Below, piece by piece: positions 25,733 to 39,749 of a stretch of 41,916 nucleotides of DNA. Every line of letters starts with the position of its first letter. Positions within the stretch are counted from its first letter, which is position 1. The notes beneath the pieces were generated by a model that was not told the origin of the DNA, did no database searches, and saw only the letters and a list, made by a program, of their open reading frames with translations. Both the position numbers and the translations under genes were made by a program. This stretch comes from Tubiluchus corallicola (Eukaryota; Animalia; Priapulida), in NCBI GenBank assembly GCA_030141605.1, contig JAQGDQ010001420.1:1-41916 (forward strand). The letters run 5' to 3'.

Positions 25733-27220
25733 TGCTCAACAGGTTACTGAACACTTTATAATCATGATCACAGTTTTTCTTAGTTCTTGCTCCATTTCAT
25801 TCACTACTCCCCCCACAATTTTATGTATATATTATTATTATTTCAATTATTAATCACTTCTTTAAGATTTCCACGTACAGTTGGGCCTGTCAAGCTATGC
25901 TTTTAGGCTCAAACTGTATGCATCAAAATTACTCTGTAATGTAATTTGTACATGTATATGCTGCATAAGAATCTCTTTTGTAATTTCTGGATTATATTGC
26001 ATTTATATTTATATTTACTTCAGTGAAATTATCTGTATTTTTATTATAATTGTTGGATGCAGAGTGGAAATAAATAAACTTATAAACTTATAACTTATAT
26101 AATAATGTGATTGATGATGATTTACTCATGACTTGACGTTGCTTCATTTTTTTGCTTCTTATGTTGGTTTGAGTTCTTGATTTATATGTAATTATTAGTT
26201 TTGTTTTTAATGAGTTTAAATTTTCTGTTTTATTTGCTAATTTAAATTTTGCCTCTTCTCATTGCCAAACTTATTTGCTGTTTCTAAATTTAAACTCATT
26301 TGAACTTGTTGCCTCATTTTTTTTGTTTTGTTAAGTTGCTGATTATTTTCATTTGTACATACCTTACTTTACAGGTCAGTTAATTTTCTTCAGTTTGGAT
26401 AGGGGTGGTTGAGTTGGTGACCCTTGGTCTGTTCGCCACCCCGCCTCTTTTCCGTCTTTGTTTTAGCTTTTAGCTTTTGTTTATGTTTATTTTGTGTGTA
26501 ACATTCAGAGACAAATAATTTTTTACTTTTTACTTTTACTTTACTTGTACTTTTCTTTCAACTCTTTTTTTCATAACTAAACATACATGTTTATCCACTT
26601 TTGCTAGCTACAAGCGGAAAATTGATTTTTTCTGTCTTCTTTTGGCTCTAGGTCCTCATAACATTAATCTTAAATATGTAATGGTCTCTTCTTTCCCATT
26701 ATTGAACATTATTTTATTATAAACTAACACATTCGTATAATAATTCAATTTTCATTCGTCTTAAATGCAAAATTTGATATTTTTTAATTACCTGGTACAT
26801 GCACATTAACTAATTAATTATATTAGTAACAGTTCTGAGAAGGTGGCTGACCTCGATAACTTATAGTTCTTTCGCCACCCTTTCACCACTAATCAATAAT
26901 TACTTTTGCACTTTGTAATATTATTGTATGTTGTACAGATTCATAAATCTCTTAGTTATGTATTTTGCTATTTTAAACATGGTGATAAACTAATAAACTT
27001 ACTTACTTACTTGTAACTTGCTTTGTGACAGGGATAGTCAAATTCAAAACGTGCATTTATTTCCATATTCATGATATAACTGAGACAAATGAATGTATTT
27101 AATTATCACAGTAGAAATAGGATGGTGAAAGGTCAACTAGTCAAGCCATTCTTTAATAGATGAATGTGATTAGTGGAATGGCAACTGCAACTATTTAACT
27201 CCTGAATAGAAGTGAAACTA
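25733..27220. mobile_element. Stack of four retroelement 3' ends in PSMC3 intron 2
   Basis: About 25733-26100 (+, matches 1980-2335 inverted), 26100-26550 (+, TTTTAC tail), 26605-27012 (+, ACTT tail) and 27040-27220 (-, matches about 19260-19445); each has a stem-loop. Confidence 0.65.
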
Positions 27221-27229
27221 AATTATTTT

Positions 27230-27742
27230 CAGGGATGAGAATTTTCCGGGATACGTGGAATTCAGAGTTTTTGGAAGACCAGTAGTGCCGTTTTTGTAAA
27301 TCGCGCAAATTCGTTGAGAAAATTTTTACAGACCCAGTACGTTATTTCACAAGCTAACCCCTAGGTGGCAGGCCGTCACTTTGTTTACATCACGTAAATC
27401 AGTGTAACCACGTGTATATCTCTATGTATAAAAATATAGAATCAATTGTGTGGAGTTATTTGAGTCAATTGCAGACAGTTTTTATATACTTTTGCATAGG
27501 AGCGGTCAGCACTTAGGCATTTTTGAGACAATTAGGTATCATGTATCCTTGATAGTTGGGTATTTTAAATTATGCAGGAAACAAGGTAATTGATATTTTA
27601 AGTCCACTTAGAGGCTCTCTGTGATCACAAAATTGCAATTTGTTGCTGACTCCAAGGGTGCTTCGCCCCCCTTGAACACCCATGGGGCCCCAAACCTCCG
27701 ACCTATTTCTGAGTTTTTTGCAATTTGTCATTCTCATCCCTG
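27230..27742. mobile_element. MITE with CAGGGATGAGAA TIRs, copy 2, in PSMC3 intron 2
   Basis: Perfect 12-bp TIR cagggatgagaa / ttctcatccctg; high similarity to 6325-6786. Confidence 0.82.
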
Positions 27743-27884
27743 ATGTATACATGAATTAAGATATTTTTCTAGATTATAAACAATGTTGATGATTAGTGAT
27801 GAATATATTAGCGACAATTATGATGTTAGTAGTAATGTCGATGAGTGTATGCAAAGGTCAGAAATATTACGCTGTGCTGCTGCC

Positions 27885-28985
27885 GATGCTGATGATGACG
27901 AAGTCGATGAGGATATAATAGTTGTTGTTGTTGATGATGATGATATTGATAATGATAAAGATGTTGTTGTTGTTGGTAATGATGATGATGGTAATGGTGG
28001 GTGGTTATGATGATAATAATGATGTTCGTGATGATGATGATTGAGGATGATGATGGTAATGGTGGTTATGATGATAATGATGATGGTAATGGTGATGATG
28101 ATGACAAAAATGTTGTTGTTGTGGGTGATGATGATATTGATAATGATAAAGATGTTGTTGTTGTTGGTAATGATGATGATGGTAATGGTGGGTGGTTATG
28201 ATGATAATGATAATGTTCATGATGATGATGATTAAGGATGATGATGGTAATGGTAATGATGACGATAATGATGATGTCGATGAAGTTGATGATGATAAAG
28301 ATATTGTTGTTGTTGGTAATGATGATGATGATAATGGTGGGTGGTTATGATGATAATAATGATGTTCATGATGATGATGATTGAGGATGATGATGGTAAT
28401 GGTGGTTATGATGATAATGATGATGGTAATGGTGATGATGATGACAAAAATGTTGTTGTTGTGGGTGATGATGATATTGATAATGATAAAGATGTTGTTG
28501 TTGTTGGTAATGATGATGATGGTAATGGTGGGTGGTTATGATGATAATGATAATGTTCATGATGATGATGATTAAGGATGATGATGGTAATGGTAATGAT
28601 GACAATAATGATGATGTAGATGAAGTTGATGATGATAAAGATATTGTTGTTGTTGGTGATGATGATGATGATCATCATGGTAATGGTGATGATGATGATA
28701 ATGATGTTGTTGGTGATGATAAATGTGTTTTTGTTGATGATGGTGATGATGACTATGATCATGGTGGTAATGGTGATGATGATGATAATTATGATGGTGG
28801 TGATGATAAAGGTGTTGTTGTTGTTGATGATGGTGATAATGGCTATGATGATAATGATGATGATGGTTATGATGATGTTGATGGTGATGATGATTCAGGA
28901 TGATGATGATGATGGTAATCGTGATGATGATGATGATAACTATGTTGTTGTTGTTATTGTTGGTGATGATGATGACGATGACGAA
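27885..28985. repeat. (GAT/GGT/GTT)n low-complexity tract with a 340-bp internal duplication
   Basis: Blocks at 28001 and 28341 are near-identical; the tract ends just before the exon 3 acceptor. Confidence 0.9.
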
Positions 28986-29002
28986 TATCATTGTTCATGC
29001 AG

Positions 29003-29128
29003 ATTATGAAGAGCGAAGTGATGAGGATTTCGCACGAGCTTCAAGCACAGAAAGAGAAGATCAAAGAAAACACGGAGAAGATTAAAGTCAACAAGACACT
29101 TCCATATTTGGTTTCCAATGTGATAGAG
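29003..29128 (+). CDS. PSMC3: PSMC3 exon 3 (coiled coil)
   Basis: cag|[42 protein letters not shown]|gtaggc. Confidence 0.94.
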
Positions 29129-29318
29129 GTAGGCGACAAAATGCTTCCCTTTTGTGTCTCCAATGTGATAGAGGTAGGCGACAAAATGCTTCCCTTTTGG
29201 GTTTCCAATGTGATAGAGGTAGGCAACAAAATGCTTCCCTTTTGTGTTTCCAATGTGATAGAGGTAGGCGACAAAATGCTTCCCTTTTGTGTCTCCAATG
29301 TGATAGAGGTAGGCAACT
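29100..29318 (+). repeat. 45-bp tandem repeat spanning the PSMC3 exon 3 donor, 5 copies
   Basis: tccaatgtgatagag|gtaggc recurs with GT at 29129, 29174, 29219, 29264 and 29309. Confidence 0.95.
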
Positions 29319-29816
29319 AGCTAAATATCCAATACAATTTGCATTATTATCTTTAACTATTATTCCCTATAACTAGAAAATGCTATATAGTTACAATAAT
29401 TGTAACAGAACTACATTAGTATGCTATAGCATGATATAGTTAGGGAAAAAATTCTAAATATGATTACAAAAATTTAACAGAAGTGTACTAACATAGTTAC
29501 TAGTTTGTCAACAAGAAATAGATGCTGCATGGTGGTCAAGAAGCAAAGCTTGTAAGACCACCATGAAAAGTGAAAAAACGACTTTATTTACAAGAGAGAG
29601 AATTATAGAAAAACAGGGAGTAGTTAAGATAAAATAAAAGACAGAGATCGAGAAAAAGAGAAAAGAAATGAATTAGAAAGGAATTCAGCAGAGACACGAT
29701 GCAAAAGTATGAAAATGTAAACTGCAAAGTAACCAGTCGCGGGATTTACTGTGACTATTACGGGTGTTGTTGTTTCATCAGCACCCGTAATAAATTGTCT
29801 AGTACTGTTTACTCGT

Positions 29817-30024
29817 GTACCCTACTAGCAAAAATTACGTACCACCCTGTATCTCATAAGTGCATTGGACTATTTTAGTCATGGTTTTCGTACCCTACTA
29901 GCAAAAAATTACGTACCACCCTGTATCTCATAAGTGCATTGGACTATTTTAGTCATTGTTTTCCTAACCTACTAGCAAAAAATTACGTACCACCCTGTAT
30001 CTCATAAGTGCAGTGGACTGTTTT
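29817..30024. repeat. Tandem repeat of about 73 bp, 3 copies, ending at the exon 4 acceptor
   Basis: cctactagcaaaaattacgtaccaccctgtatctcataagtgca(t/g)tggact occurs three times. Confidence 0.9.
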
Positions 30025-30028
30025 CCAG

Positions 30029-30133
30029 CTGCTGGATTTGGATCCGCAGGAAGAGGAAGAGGAGGGAGCTAATGTTGATTTGGATTCTCAGAGGAAAGGC
30101 AAATCAGCGGTTATCAAGACGTCCACAAGACAG
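30029..30133 (+). CDS. PSMC3: PSMC3 exon 4
   Basis: ttttccag|[35 protein letters not shown]|gtcagt. Confidence 0.94.
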
Positions 30134-31138
30134 GTCAGTGCTTATTTACGATTCGTAGTGGACAGGTCAGTGCTTATTTATGATTTGTAATACCAAAAGA
30201 GACCGCCTCTTTCCGCGGAATGAAAGGTGCTCTCAAGCCTCTTTATACCGCTTAGTTTGGGACAGTAGAAGTTGGCATTAAAGTAAAACAGTACCCAATT
30301 TTAAACTGTAGGTAAAAACAATATAAAATATACAACTCTTTAAAATATTGAAAGGAAACATACTATTTTGTTCAACAATGATTTACGTGAAACAATTATT
30401 ATCACACAAACACAATTTCACGTTCACACCACTAGTTCTTCGTTGCATTTCGTCATTCACTAGTTAGACGGGTACTAGCGCCTGCATTCCGGAAATGCAT
30501 TGCACAAAAAACAGGTGCTGTACCTTTCATTTCAGATGTGTTTATTTGTAACGAAGTGCACACGTTCGACAGCTCATGCATTAGCACAGCAGTAAATTTG
30601 AATTTTTATCTTAAAACTTGCCTAGTTTTAGTACAGCACACTGCATGTCTTACAGTAGCACAGTACTTCAATTTTCGGTTTCACAAACACGTCTCAACAC
30701 GCTCACGGAATATTTTTGCTGTTCAAAATTATGGTAGTTTGTGATGTCCTCAGCATTTGGGCTCGCCCCTCGTTAATTAAGTTTTTAATCTATCAGTTAA
30801 TTACTAAAAACGCTTTTGCAGTATTAATTGTGTTGAAATGTATAATTTTTATCGTATTTGAAATTGGGGTAGTGTGTGAAAAATCATCCTGTCTTCCTTT
30901 AAATGAGTATGGCAAATGTTACAACGAGATTTATTAGTACACAAATGTCTATGTAGATATAGACATTTTGTTTTGCCAAAAATTTGCACCTATGAAATGC
31001 GAGGTTTGACGTTATGATGAGGTCTGACTGTAGTATAATCTATCATCACCATCATCGTCTCATTATTGTCATCATTATCATCATCACGGGGTCCAAAATT
31101 CATCCATATAGCTGGCTAACCTCAATGATTATCTGGAC

Positions 31139-32202
31139 CAGTAACGGCTCGTGTATAGGTGCTGTGATACTGCAGCACCCCCTGTTTTCACTCAATATTG
31201 TCGATAACATTCAATATAATAATCTTTAGTTCTTTTTTTATACTTGTGCGGAACCGGAGCACATGAGGGTAGTACAATTTGCTTCACAGCCCAAGCAACG
31301 TGGTGTTTGGCTGTAACGTGCATGCGGCCATGCGCAGATGTCTGAGATAACACGCTATACGCTAGCGTCTGCTGCTAAGTAAAAAAGTACTGTGTCTATC
31401 ACAGTAACAATTGCCATGTGCTTAACGTGTACCATCATATTCTTTGACATGATAAAGTGTAAACTTAGCATGTGTGCTTAAAACATAAAATATCCATCTT
31501 TAAGAAATAAGTTCTGTGACTGTAAATGAACTACAACAGCTTAATTTTTCACAGTTGTCTCTCTATGAGAAAGCTGCGGTTAAGAAAAGAGGCCGTTCAA
31601 CACCTGATCTTCAATTACAAAATCAACATTAAAATTATCATATATACTTATGTACAAGTCGAATTTTATGGGAGGCGATTTAAGATGAAATTGTTGAGGT
31701 CGACTTATACTTATGATATGTTTTTGGGAGCTGTCGCTAAAGAGTCGTCTACGATACGAATATGTAAAGAAATAATCCTTCATTATACGCTTCACATCAG
31801 AGAATGTTCACATCTTGACATTACTTCACAAAATTAACACATATTACTGTAATTTGCTTCAATGTATGTGAAATTAAGTTAAAATTTATATATTACCGGT
31901 AAATAAACTAGCGACTGAGCACTTGATCAGAACATGAAAACCGTCAAAGTTGTGCAGGTGCTGCCGCCTGTCGGCTGCCACGGGAAGTTTTACACTGGCC
32001 TTGTATATGCGTGTTTTATTGGCAAAATATTGATTATGAGCATGTATGCGTATATAAAATACCTGATCTTCAAATATAGCTACAACATTAAAATTACATA
32101 TGTGTGTTACGTTTTACACTGTATTAAAACAATGGCTAAAAATTTTCTGAAGCAGGACCCCCTCCCCCTCCCCCAACTAATTTTCTCTACGAGCCGTCAC
32201 TG
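31139..32202. mobile_element. Non-autonomous hAT-type DNA transposon (long copy)
   Basis: TIRs cagtaacggctcgt / acgagccgtcactg; 8-bp TSD atctggac / atctgaac. Confidence 0.85.
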
Positions 32203-32253
32203 ATCTGAACGTCTAGATTATAATAAACAGGCGAGTATTTTCCTGTTTTTCAG

Positions 32254-32316
32254 ACTTATTTTCTGCCGGTTATCGGCCTCGTGGAAGTGGAAAATTTGGC
32301 ACCAGCAGATTTAGTC
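32254..32316 (+). CDS. PSMC3: PSMC3 exon 5
   Basis: tttttcag|TYFLPVIGLVEVENLAPADLV|gtaagt. Confidence 0.92.
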
Positions 32317-32918
32317 GTAAGTTTGCATTGCTAACTAGAGAAAATGTAGTTTTGTCCAGTTTTGTTTTGTATTTATAACAGTATTGGCCAAGTATATGTA
32401 ACACAACTCTTTGCTAACTAAGGAAAAGTTTAAATTATTTTATCTTGTTAATAAGATTAATAATGTTTCTGGTGAGCCAGCGGTGCAGAGATTTTTTTTA
32501 TCTATTATCAAATCGATACAAAACAGAATCAATTTTTTTATCTATTATCGAATCGATAAAATGAATTATTATTATCACCACAGAAAACTGATACGATCGC
32601 AGCATCGATATCGAAATTAATGTGCCATTTTGGTGATTAGTGTGCCCTAGCAATAATAAACATGTCAAAGAATTAATAACTTTTATTATCGTCTGATAAA
32701 TTTCAAAACCTGATAGGATTAATGGCATGATGCTTCGCAATTTGCACCGTGTAAGTGCAGCGTGTACAACGCCGGCAAAACAATTTTGCAAAATGTAAAA
32801 TTTTATCGCAAGTTCTTATCGTTTATCAAAATCGTATCACAATTTTCGTATCAACTTCTGTTACTAAGGCAGCTAACGTTGACTGTAATGTTCGCGCGTG
32901 CGTAACGGATAGCGATTT

Positions 32919-33066
32919 TGTTGTGGAGATCGCTGACATCTATTAGAATTAAATAGAATATTGTAGAATGTTCCATTAGAATAATCGTCTTACCTTGTAG
33001 AATGTTCTAGAAAGAAACGTCTGGAATGTTCCCTGGCACCCTGTATAAGGTGAAGCAGGCCGCTGA

Positions 33067-33152
<86 letters not shown>

Positions 33153-33384
33153 CACACACACACACACACTCACACTGATTAACACGGACGCCACTTATAC
33201 ATTCTCTTGTATTCTTGTATTTTCAGATACACTCAAACGTTTCCAGAGTTTCACGTTTACTGTAATCATTTCGCGTTCCTTCATACTTTTGTGTTGTAGA
33301 ATTCTCGCTTAATAAACTAGTTTAATTTGACGAAGTATTTTCTGGTTTTCTCTACGAGCCTTCCGAGAGAAACAAAGCACAACA
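32919..33384 (+). mobile_element. Solo LTR (about 466 bp) with an internal (CA)n tract
   Basis: TG...CA termini forming a 7-bp inverted repeat TGTTGTG / CACAACA; flanks gattt / gattc (5-bp TSD, 1 mismatch); TATAA at 33044, AATAAA at 33311. Confidence 0.72.
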
Positions 33385-33485
33385 GATTCGCATTGCAATT
33401 TTCTGTTGCATGTTTTTGTGTTTATTAGTGTTTTTCTATTTGTGGTCTACGCTTTAAGAAGAAACTTATGCTTCCTTTCATTTAG

Positions 33486-33532
33486 GGTGTAAACAAAGAT
33501 TCGTACCTGATCCTGGAGAAGCTTCCGGCAGA
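33486..33532 (+). CDS. PSMC3: PSMC3 exon 6
   Basis: tttag|GVNKDSYLILEKLPA(E)|gtaagt, phase 2. Confidence 0.92.
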
Positions 33533-33612
33533 GTAAGTAAACTCTTGTACTTGTTACGGAAGTGCAGCAGTAACGTGCGGAAAGAGTTTTCGTGCGAAGC
33601 CATAGTCTCTCA

Positions 33613-34927
<1,315 letters not shown>

Positions 34928-35375
34928 TAAATGTTTGAAATGGTAGTCATCTCTGTCCGGTTTTGCATTGTTTATGACATTGTTATTTGCACTTTTGAGA
35001 CTTCACTCTTTCCTAACTTTTCCACTTTCCCTAAATATTCTCACTATTCGGTGTTTTCACCTCCCTATGATTGTTGTGTAATTGCATTAATAACCCGCTC
35101 TACTGTAAAAAATGATTTTATATTGGCTTTCCAAGCTTTGCAAGTTCAAAACTGCTGTCCCGCTAAATGTAAAATTTCTGTGAATGCTGGATGGCTTGAT
35201 TGGGGAGGACCTTAAAATTTCAAAATCCAAAGAAATTTTCGTCATAGATTTTTGAGCGTTTACCTTGTAGGTTTGGGTGATAAAGTCTATACAAACACAA
35301 TTAGTTTCTTTAGCAAACCTTGGCCTTTTAGTGACCTTTAACCTTTTGCTGACCTTTGTTTTTGTTTGCTTTCAG

Positions 35376-35448
35376 CTTGTTGAAGCTGTAGTTTTGCCTC
35401 TTACTCACAAGGAGAGATTTGAGAATCTTGGAATTCAGCCTCCGAAGG
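35376..35448 (+). CDS. PSMC3: PSMC3 exon 8
   Basis: tttcag|LVEAVVLPLTHKERFENLGIQPPK(G)|gtgagt. Confidence 0.95.
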
Positions 35449-35549
35449 GTGAGTACCATTCTCTTAGCAACAGACTGGATGCTTCCTGTAAATGCTATAA
35501 AATGCTTTGTTTCCTATTTTCATTTTCAAAGTTACGATTTTCTTTTGAA

Positions 35550-36724
35550 AAGTTATGGTTTGTGTCTTGTTTTCATTTGCAACCTATGGTTTGTTTCTTG
35601 TTTTCATTTCCAACCTATGGTTTGTTTCTTGTTTTCATTTGCATCCTATGTTTTGTTTCTTGTTTTCATTTGCATCCTATGTTTTGTTTCTTGTTTTCAT
35701 TCGCAACCTATGTTTTGTTTCTTCTTTTTATTCGCAACCTATGTTTTGTTTCTTGTTTTCATTCGAAACCTATGGTTTGTTTCTTGTTTTCATTTCCATC
35801 CTATGTTTTGTTTCTTGTTTTCATTCGCAACCTATGTTTTGTTTCTTGTTTTCATTTGCAACCTATGGTTTGTTTCTTGTTTTCATTTGCAACATATGTT
35901 TTATTTCTTGTTTTCATTTCCAACCTATGGTTTGTTTCTTGTTTTCATTTGCAATCTATGGCTTGTTTCTTGTGTTCATTTCCAACCTATGGTTTGTTTC
36001 TTGTGTTCATTTGCAACCTATGTTTTATTTCTTGTTTTCATTTGCAACCTATGGTTTGTTTCTTGTTTTCATTTGCAATCTATGGCTTGTTTCTTGTTTT
36101 CCTTTGCAACTTATGTTTTGTTTCCTGTTTTCATTTGCAATCTATGGTTTGTTTCTTGTTTTCCTTTGCAACTTATGTTTTGTTTCCTGTTTTCATTTGC
36201 AATCTATGGTTTGTTTCTTGTTTTCATTTGCAACCTATGTTTTGTTTCCTGTTTTCATTTGCAAACTATGGTTTGTTTCTTGTTTTCCTTTGCAACATAT
36301 GTTTTGTTTCTTGTTTTCATTTGCAACCTATGGTTTGTTTCTTGTGTTCATTTGCAATCTATGGTTTGTTTCTTTTTTCATTTGCAACCTATGGTTTGTT
36401 TCTTGTTTTCATTTGCATCCTATGTTTTGTTTCTTGTTTTCATTCGCAACCTATGTTTTGTTTCTTGTTATCATTCGCAACCTATGTTTTGTTTCTTCAT
36501 TTTATTCGCAACCTATGTTTTGTTTCTTGTTTTCATTCGCAACCTATGGTTTGTTTCTTGTTTTCATTTGCATCCTATGTTTTGTTTCTTGTTTTCATTT
36601 GCAACCTATGGTTTGTTTCTTGTTTTCATTTGCAACCTATGTTTTGTTTCTTGTTTTCAATTGCAACCTATGTTTTGTTTCTTGTTTTCATTTGCAACCT
36701 ATGGTTTGTTTCTTGTTTTCATTT
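35550..36724. repeat. 31-bp minisatellite, about 38 copies, filling PSMC3 intron 8
   Basis: Unit ttgcaacctatggtttgtttcttgttttcat. Confidence 0.96.
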
Positions 36725-36761
36725 CACAAAGTTGATTCCTGTTGGCTTCTTCTTGTCTCAG

Positions 36762-36971
36762 GTGTCTTGCTGTACGGACCGCCAGGAACTGGCAAAACTC
36801 TCATGGCCCGAGCTTGTGCCGCTCAGACTAAATCCACGTTTCTTAAGCTGGCTGGTCCGCAACTGGTTCAGATGTTCATCGGTGATGGAGCAAAACTTGT
36901 TCGCGACGCTTTTGCGCTGGCGAAAGAGAAAACCCCGGCGATCATCTTCATTGATGAACTGGATGCTATAG
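36762..36971 (+). CDS. PSMC3: PSMC3 exon 9 (AAA+ Walker A and B)
   Basis: [12 protein letters not shown] (Walker A), [27 protein letters not shown] (Walker B); AG/GT boundaries in phase. Confidence 0.96.
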   Translation: MSCCTDRQELAKLSWPELVPLRLNPRFLSWLVRNWFRCSSVMEQNLFATLLRWRKRKPRRSSSLMNWML

Positions 36972-36994
36972 GTAAAACAGTAGCAGTTAAGGTA

Positions 36995-38132
36995 GAGACA
37001 AACTGTACTGTTGCCATGGTAACTATAAATTATTTTGTATTAGTAAACAAAATGAACTGTTGCCAAGATAACTATAAGTAATTTTTGTTTTAGTAAACAA
37101 AGATGAACTGTTGCCTTGGTAACCATGAGTCGCGTTCATAGCAATAATAAGTAAAGAATAACTGTTACCATGGTAACTGTAAGCCGTTGTCATAGTAGCA
37201 AACAAGGACGAACTGTTACCACAGTAACTGTAAGTCGTTGTCATAGTAATAGGCTGTTTACCATAGTAACTGTAATTCATTTTCATAGTAGCAAATAAAG
37301 ATAAGCTGCTGCCACTGTAATTGCAACTTATTTTCATAGTAGTAAACAGAGATGAACTGTTGCCATGGTAACCATGAGTTGTGTTCATAGCAATAATAAG
37401 TAAAGAATAACTGTTGCTATGGTAACTGTAAGTCGTTGTCATAGTAATACGCTGTTTACCATGGTAACTGTAATTCATTTTCGTAGTAGTAAACAGAGAT
37501 GAACTGCTGCCACTGTAATTGCAACTTATTTTCATAGTATTAAACAGTGATGAACTGTTGCCATGGTAACCATGAGTCACATTCATAGCAATAATGAATA
37601 AGACAAACTGTTACCATGGTAACTGTAAGTCATTGTCATAGTAGTAAACAGAGATGAACTGCTGCCACTGTAATTGCAACTTATTTTCATAGTAGTAAAC
37701 AGTGATGAACTGTTGCCATGGTAACCATGAGTCACGTTTATAGCACTAATAAGTAAGACAAACTGTTACCATGGTAACTGTAAGTCGTTGTCATACTAGT
37801 AAACAGAGATGAACTGTTGCCACTGCAATTGCAACTTATTTTCATAGTAGTAAACAGTGATGAACTGTTGCCATGGTAACCATGAGTCACGTTTATAGCA
37901 CTAATAAGTAAGACAAACTGTTACCATGGTAACTGTAAGTCGTTGTCATACTAGTAAACAGAGATGAACTGTTGCCACTGCAATTGCAACTTATTTTCAT
38001 AGTAGTAAACAGTGATGAACTGTTGCCATGGTAACCATGAGTCACGTTTATAGCACTAATAAGTAAGACAAACTGTTACCATGGTAACTGTAAGTTGTTG
38101 TCATAGTAGTAAACAGAGATGAACTGTTGCCA
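36995..38132. repeat. Satellite of about 50-bp subunits with higher-order periods of about 249 and 155 bp, PSMC3 intron 9
   Basis: Core aactgtt(g/a)ccatggtaac; tagcactaataag at 37741, 37896 and 38051. Confidence 0.9.
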
Positions 38133-38274
38133 TTTTTAATTTAAATTTATTTGCTCCAAAATACAACTATTAGATATCAAACCACGATAAACAATTTCTT
38201 TGACCTGTCCCATAGTCAACATCGACAAACTGATTCACGAATTTTAACCCGCATCTGATTAACTTTCATTTCAG

Positions 38275-38381
38275 GTACGAAACGCTTCGACAGCGAGAAG
38301 GCGGGCGATCGGGAGGTGCAGAGGACCATGTTGGAGTTGCTTAACCAGATGGACGGGTTCAGTTCACACTCTGATATTAAA
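38275..38381 (+). CDS. PSMC3: PSMC3 exon 10
   Basis: tttcag|[35 protein letters not shown]|gttagt. Confidence 0.95.
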
Positions 38382-38628
38382 GTTAGTAGCCTAATCGAAG
38401 GTTCACTCCATTATTCAGCTCAACTGCTGGTTGTGTAATGCCTTGCACCTGTTCGTTATGTGGCACTTATACAAAAGCTGCACTCAGTAACTGCCTGTGG
38501 TGTGTTATGAAATACGCTCTATACCCTAGTTAGCCTGTTAGTTAATACACCCCGTATTCACCTATATGACACAGGTGCCATGTATCTAGAATGAGACACA
38601 GTCGTTTAGCCCACGTTTCTTCTTTTAG

Positions 38629-38781
<153 letters not shown>

Positions 38782-39381
38782 TGATTGATTTTTAATGAAA
38801 AACCCAGTTTTCTGACTAAGTCATCATATGTGTGCTTGCAAAGCAAAGCCGTCTGTAAGTCGGCTTAAATTAAAACTACATCATGGTGCTTCAAGGCAGC
38901 ATGCAACGAAAATTTAGTCAATGTCAATTTTTTATAAAAACAAACGCTAAATATATTGGACTTTTATATTCTAAGCATCAAATTATCAAGAAAATGGTCA
39001 AAAATACTAAAAAATCTAATCCCCTTCCTTCACTTTTCTAGCTAGAAACTAGTGCTGTAATTGTGAAAAAACTTTGTATTTTCAAACTCTGATTGTAGCT
39101 CGTGGCATCAGTCATTTAGCTTAGAGTTTTTTTTCTGTTGACAAGCCCAGATCTACTGGATTTCTAGCCTAGCTGTTAAAACTGTTACTATTACAGCAGC
39201 ATGGGCTGCGAGGCTTGTCAAGTGTACACAAATGCATTGTCTGGCACACTTAACCTTTGTCCTTTTCACGATCATCATCAATCGCTGGAACTGTGAAAAG
39301 GCTCGTTGGGCGGGTGAATTGGTTCATGGAAATGTGATTTTGTTTACTTTATTAATGCAAATGTGGTTTGTTTACTTGTAG

Positions 39382-39463
39382 CACGGACGTCAACTTTCAA
39401 GAGCTAGCTCGCTGTACTGATGATTTCAATGGTGCACAATGTAAGGCAGTCTGCGTAGAAGCA
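39382..39463 (+). CDS. PSMC3: PSMC3 exon 12 (gene continues past the window)
   Basis: ttgtag|[27 protein letters not shown]|gtaagt; the expected terminal GMIALRR exon was not found in the window. Confidence 0.94.
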
Positions 39464-39749
39464 GTAAGTATTTAAACTCCTTCAGGATAATAAGCGTTAT
39501 AACAGGAATTTATCCTTAAAAATAGAGTACAGTGTTCCCTCAAAAATATTAATGTGTAATATTTATCGCGGTATTTTCGCTGTTTCGCGGGTTTTTGCGG
39601 TACTCCGTCTAAAGTATTTTTGCACACGCGTAGTACGTATTGTACAGTAATGTATAGATTTGATGAATTTTGCGAAAAAAAAATCACAAAATGTATAAAA
39701 ATATATTAAAAATGTTAATTCTAACATTAAATGAATATTATAAATCATA

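Noticed and set aside
27783-29009. Asp-rich, His-rich or Met-rich ORFs resembling biomineralisation proteins
   Set aside because: A trinucleotide-derived tract inside PSMC3 intron 2, broken by frequent frameshifts, with no signal peptide or splice support.
32486-32845. ATCGAT-rich segment as another MITE
   Set aside because: Suggestive subterminal motifs, but no clean TIR pair or TSD could be defined.
35277-37081. Three hydrophobic ORFs of 438-564 aa as membrane proteins
   Set aside because: They come from a stop-free 31-bp minisatellite; only the PSMC3 exon 8 and 9 portions are real.
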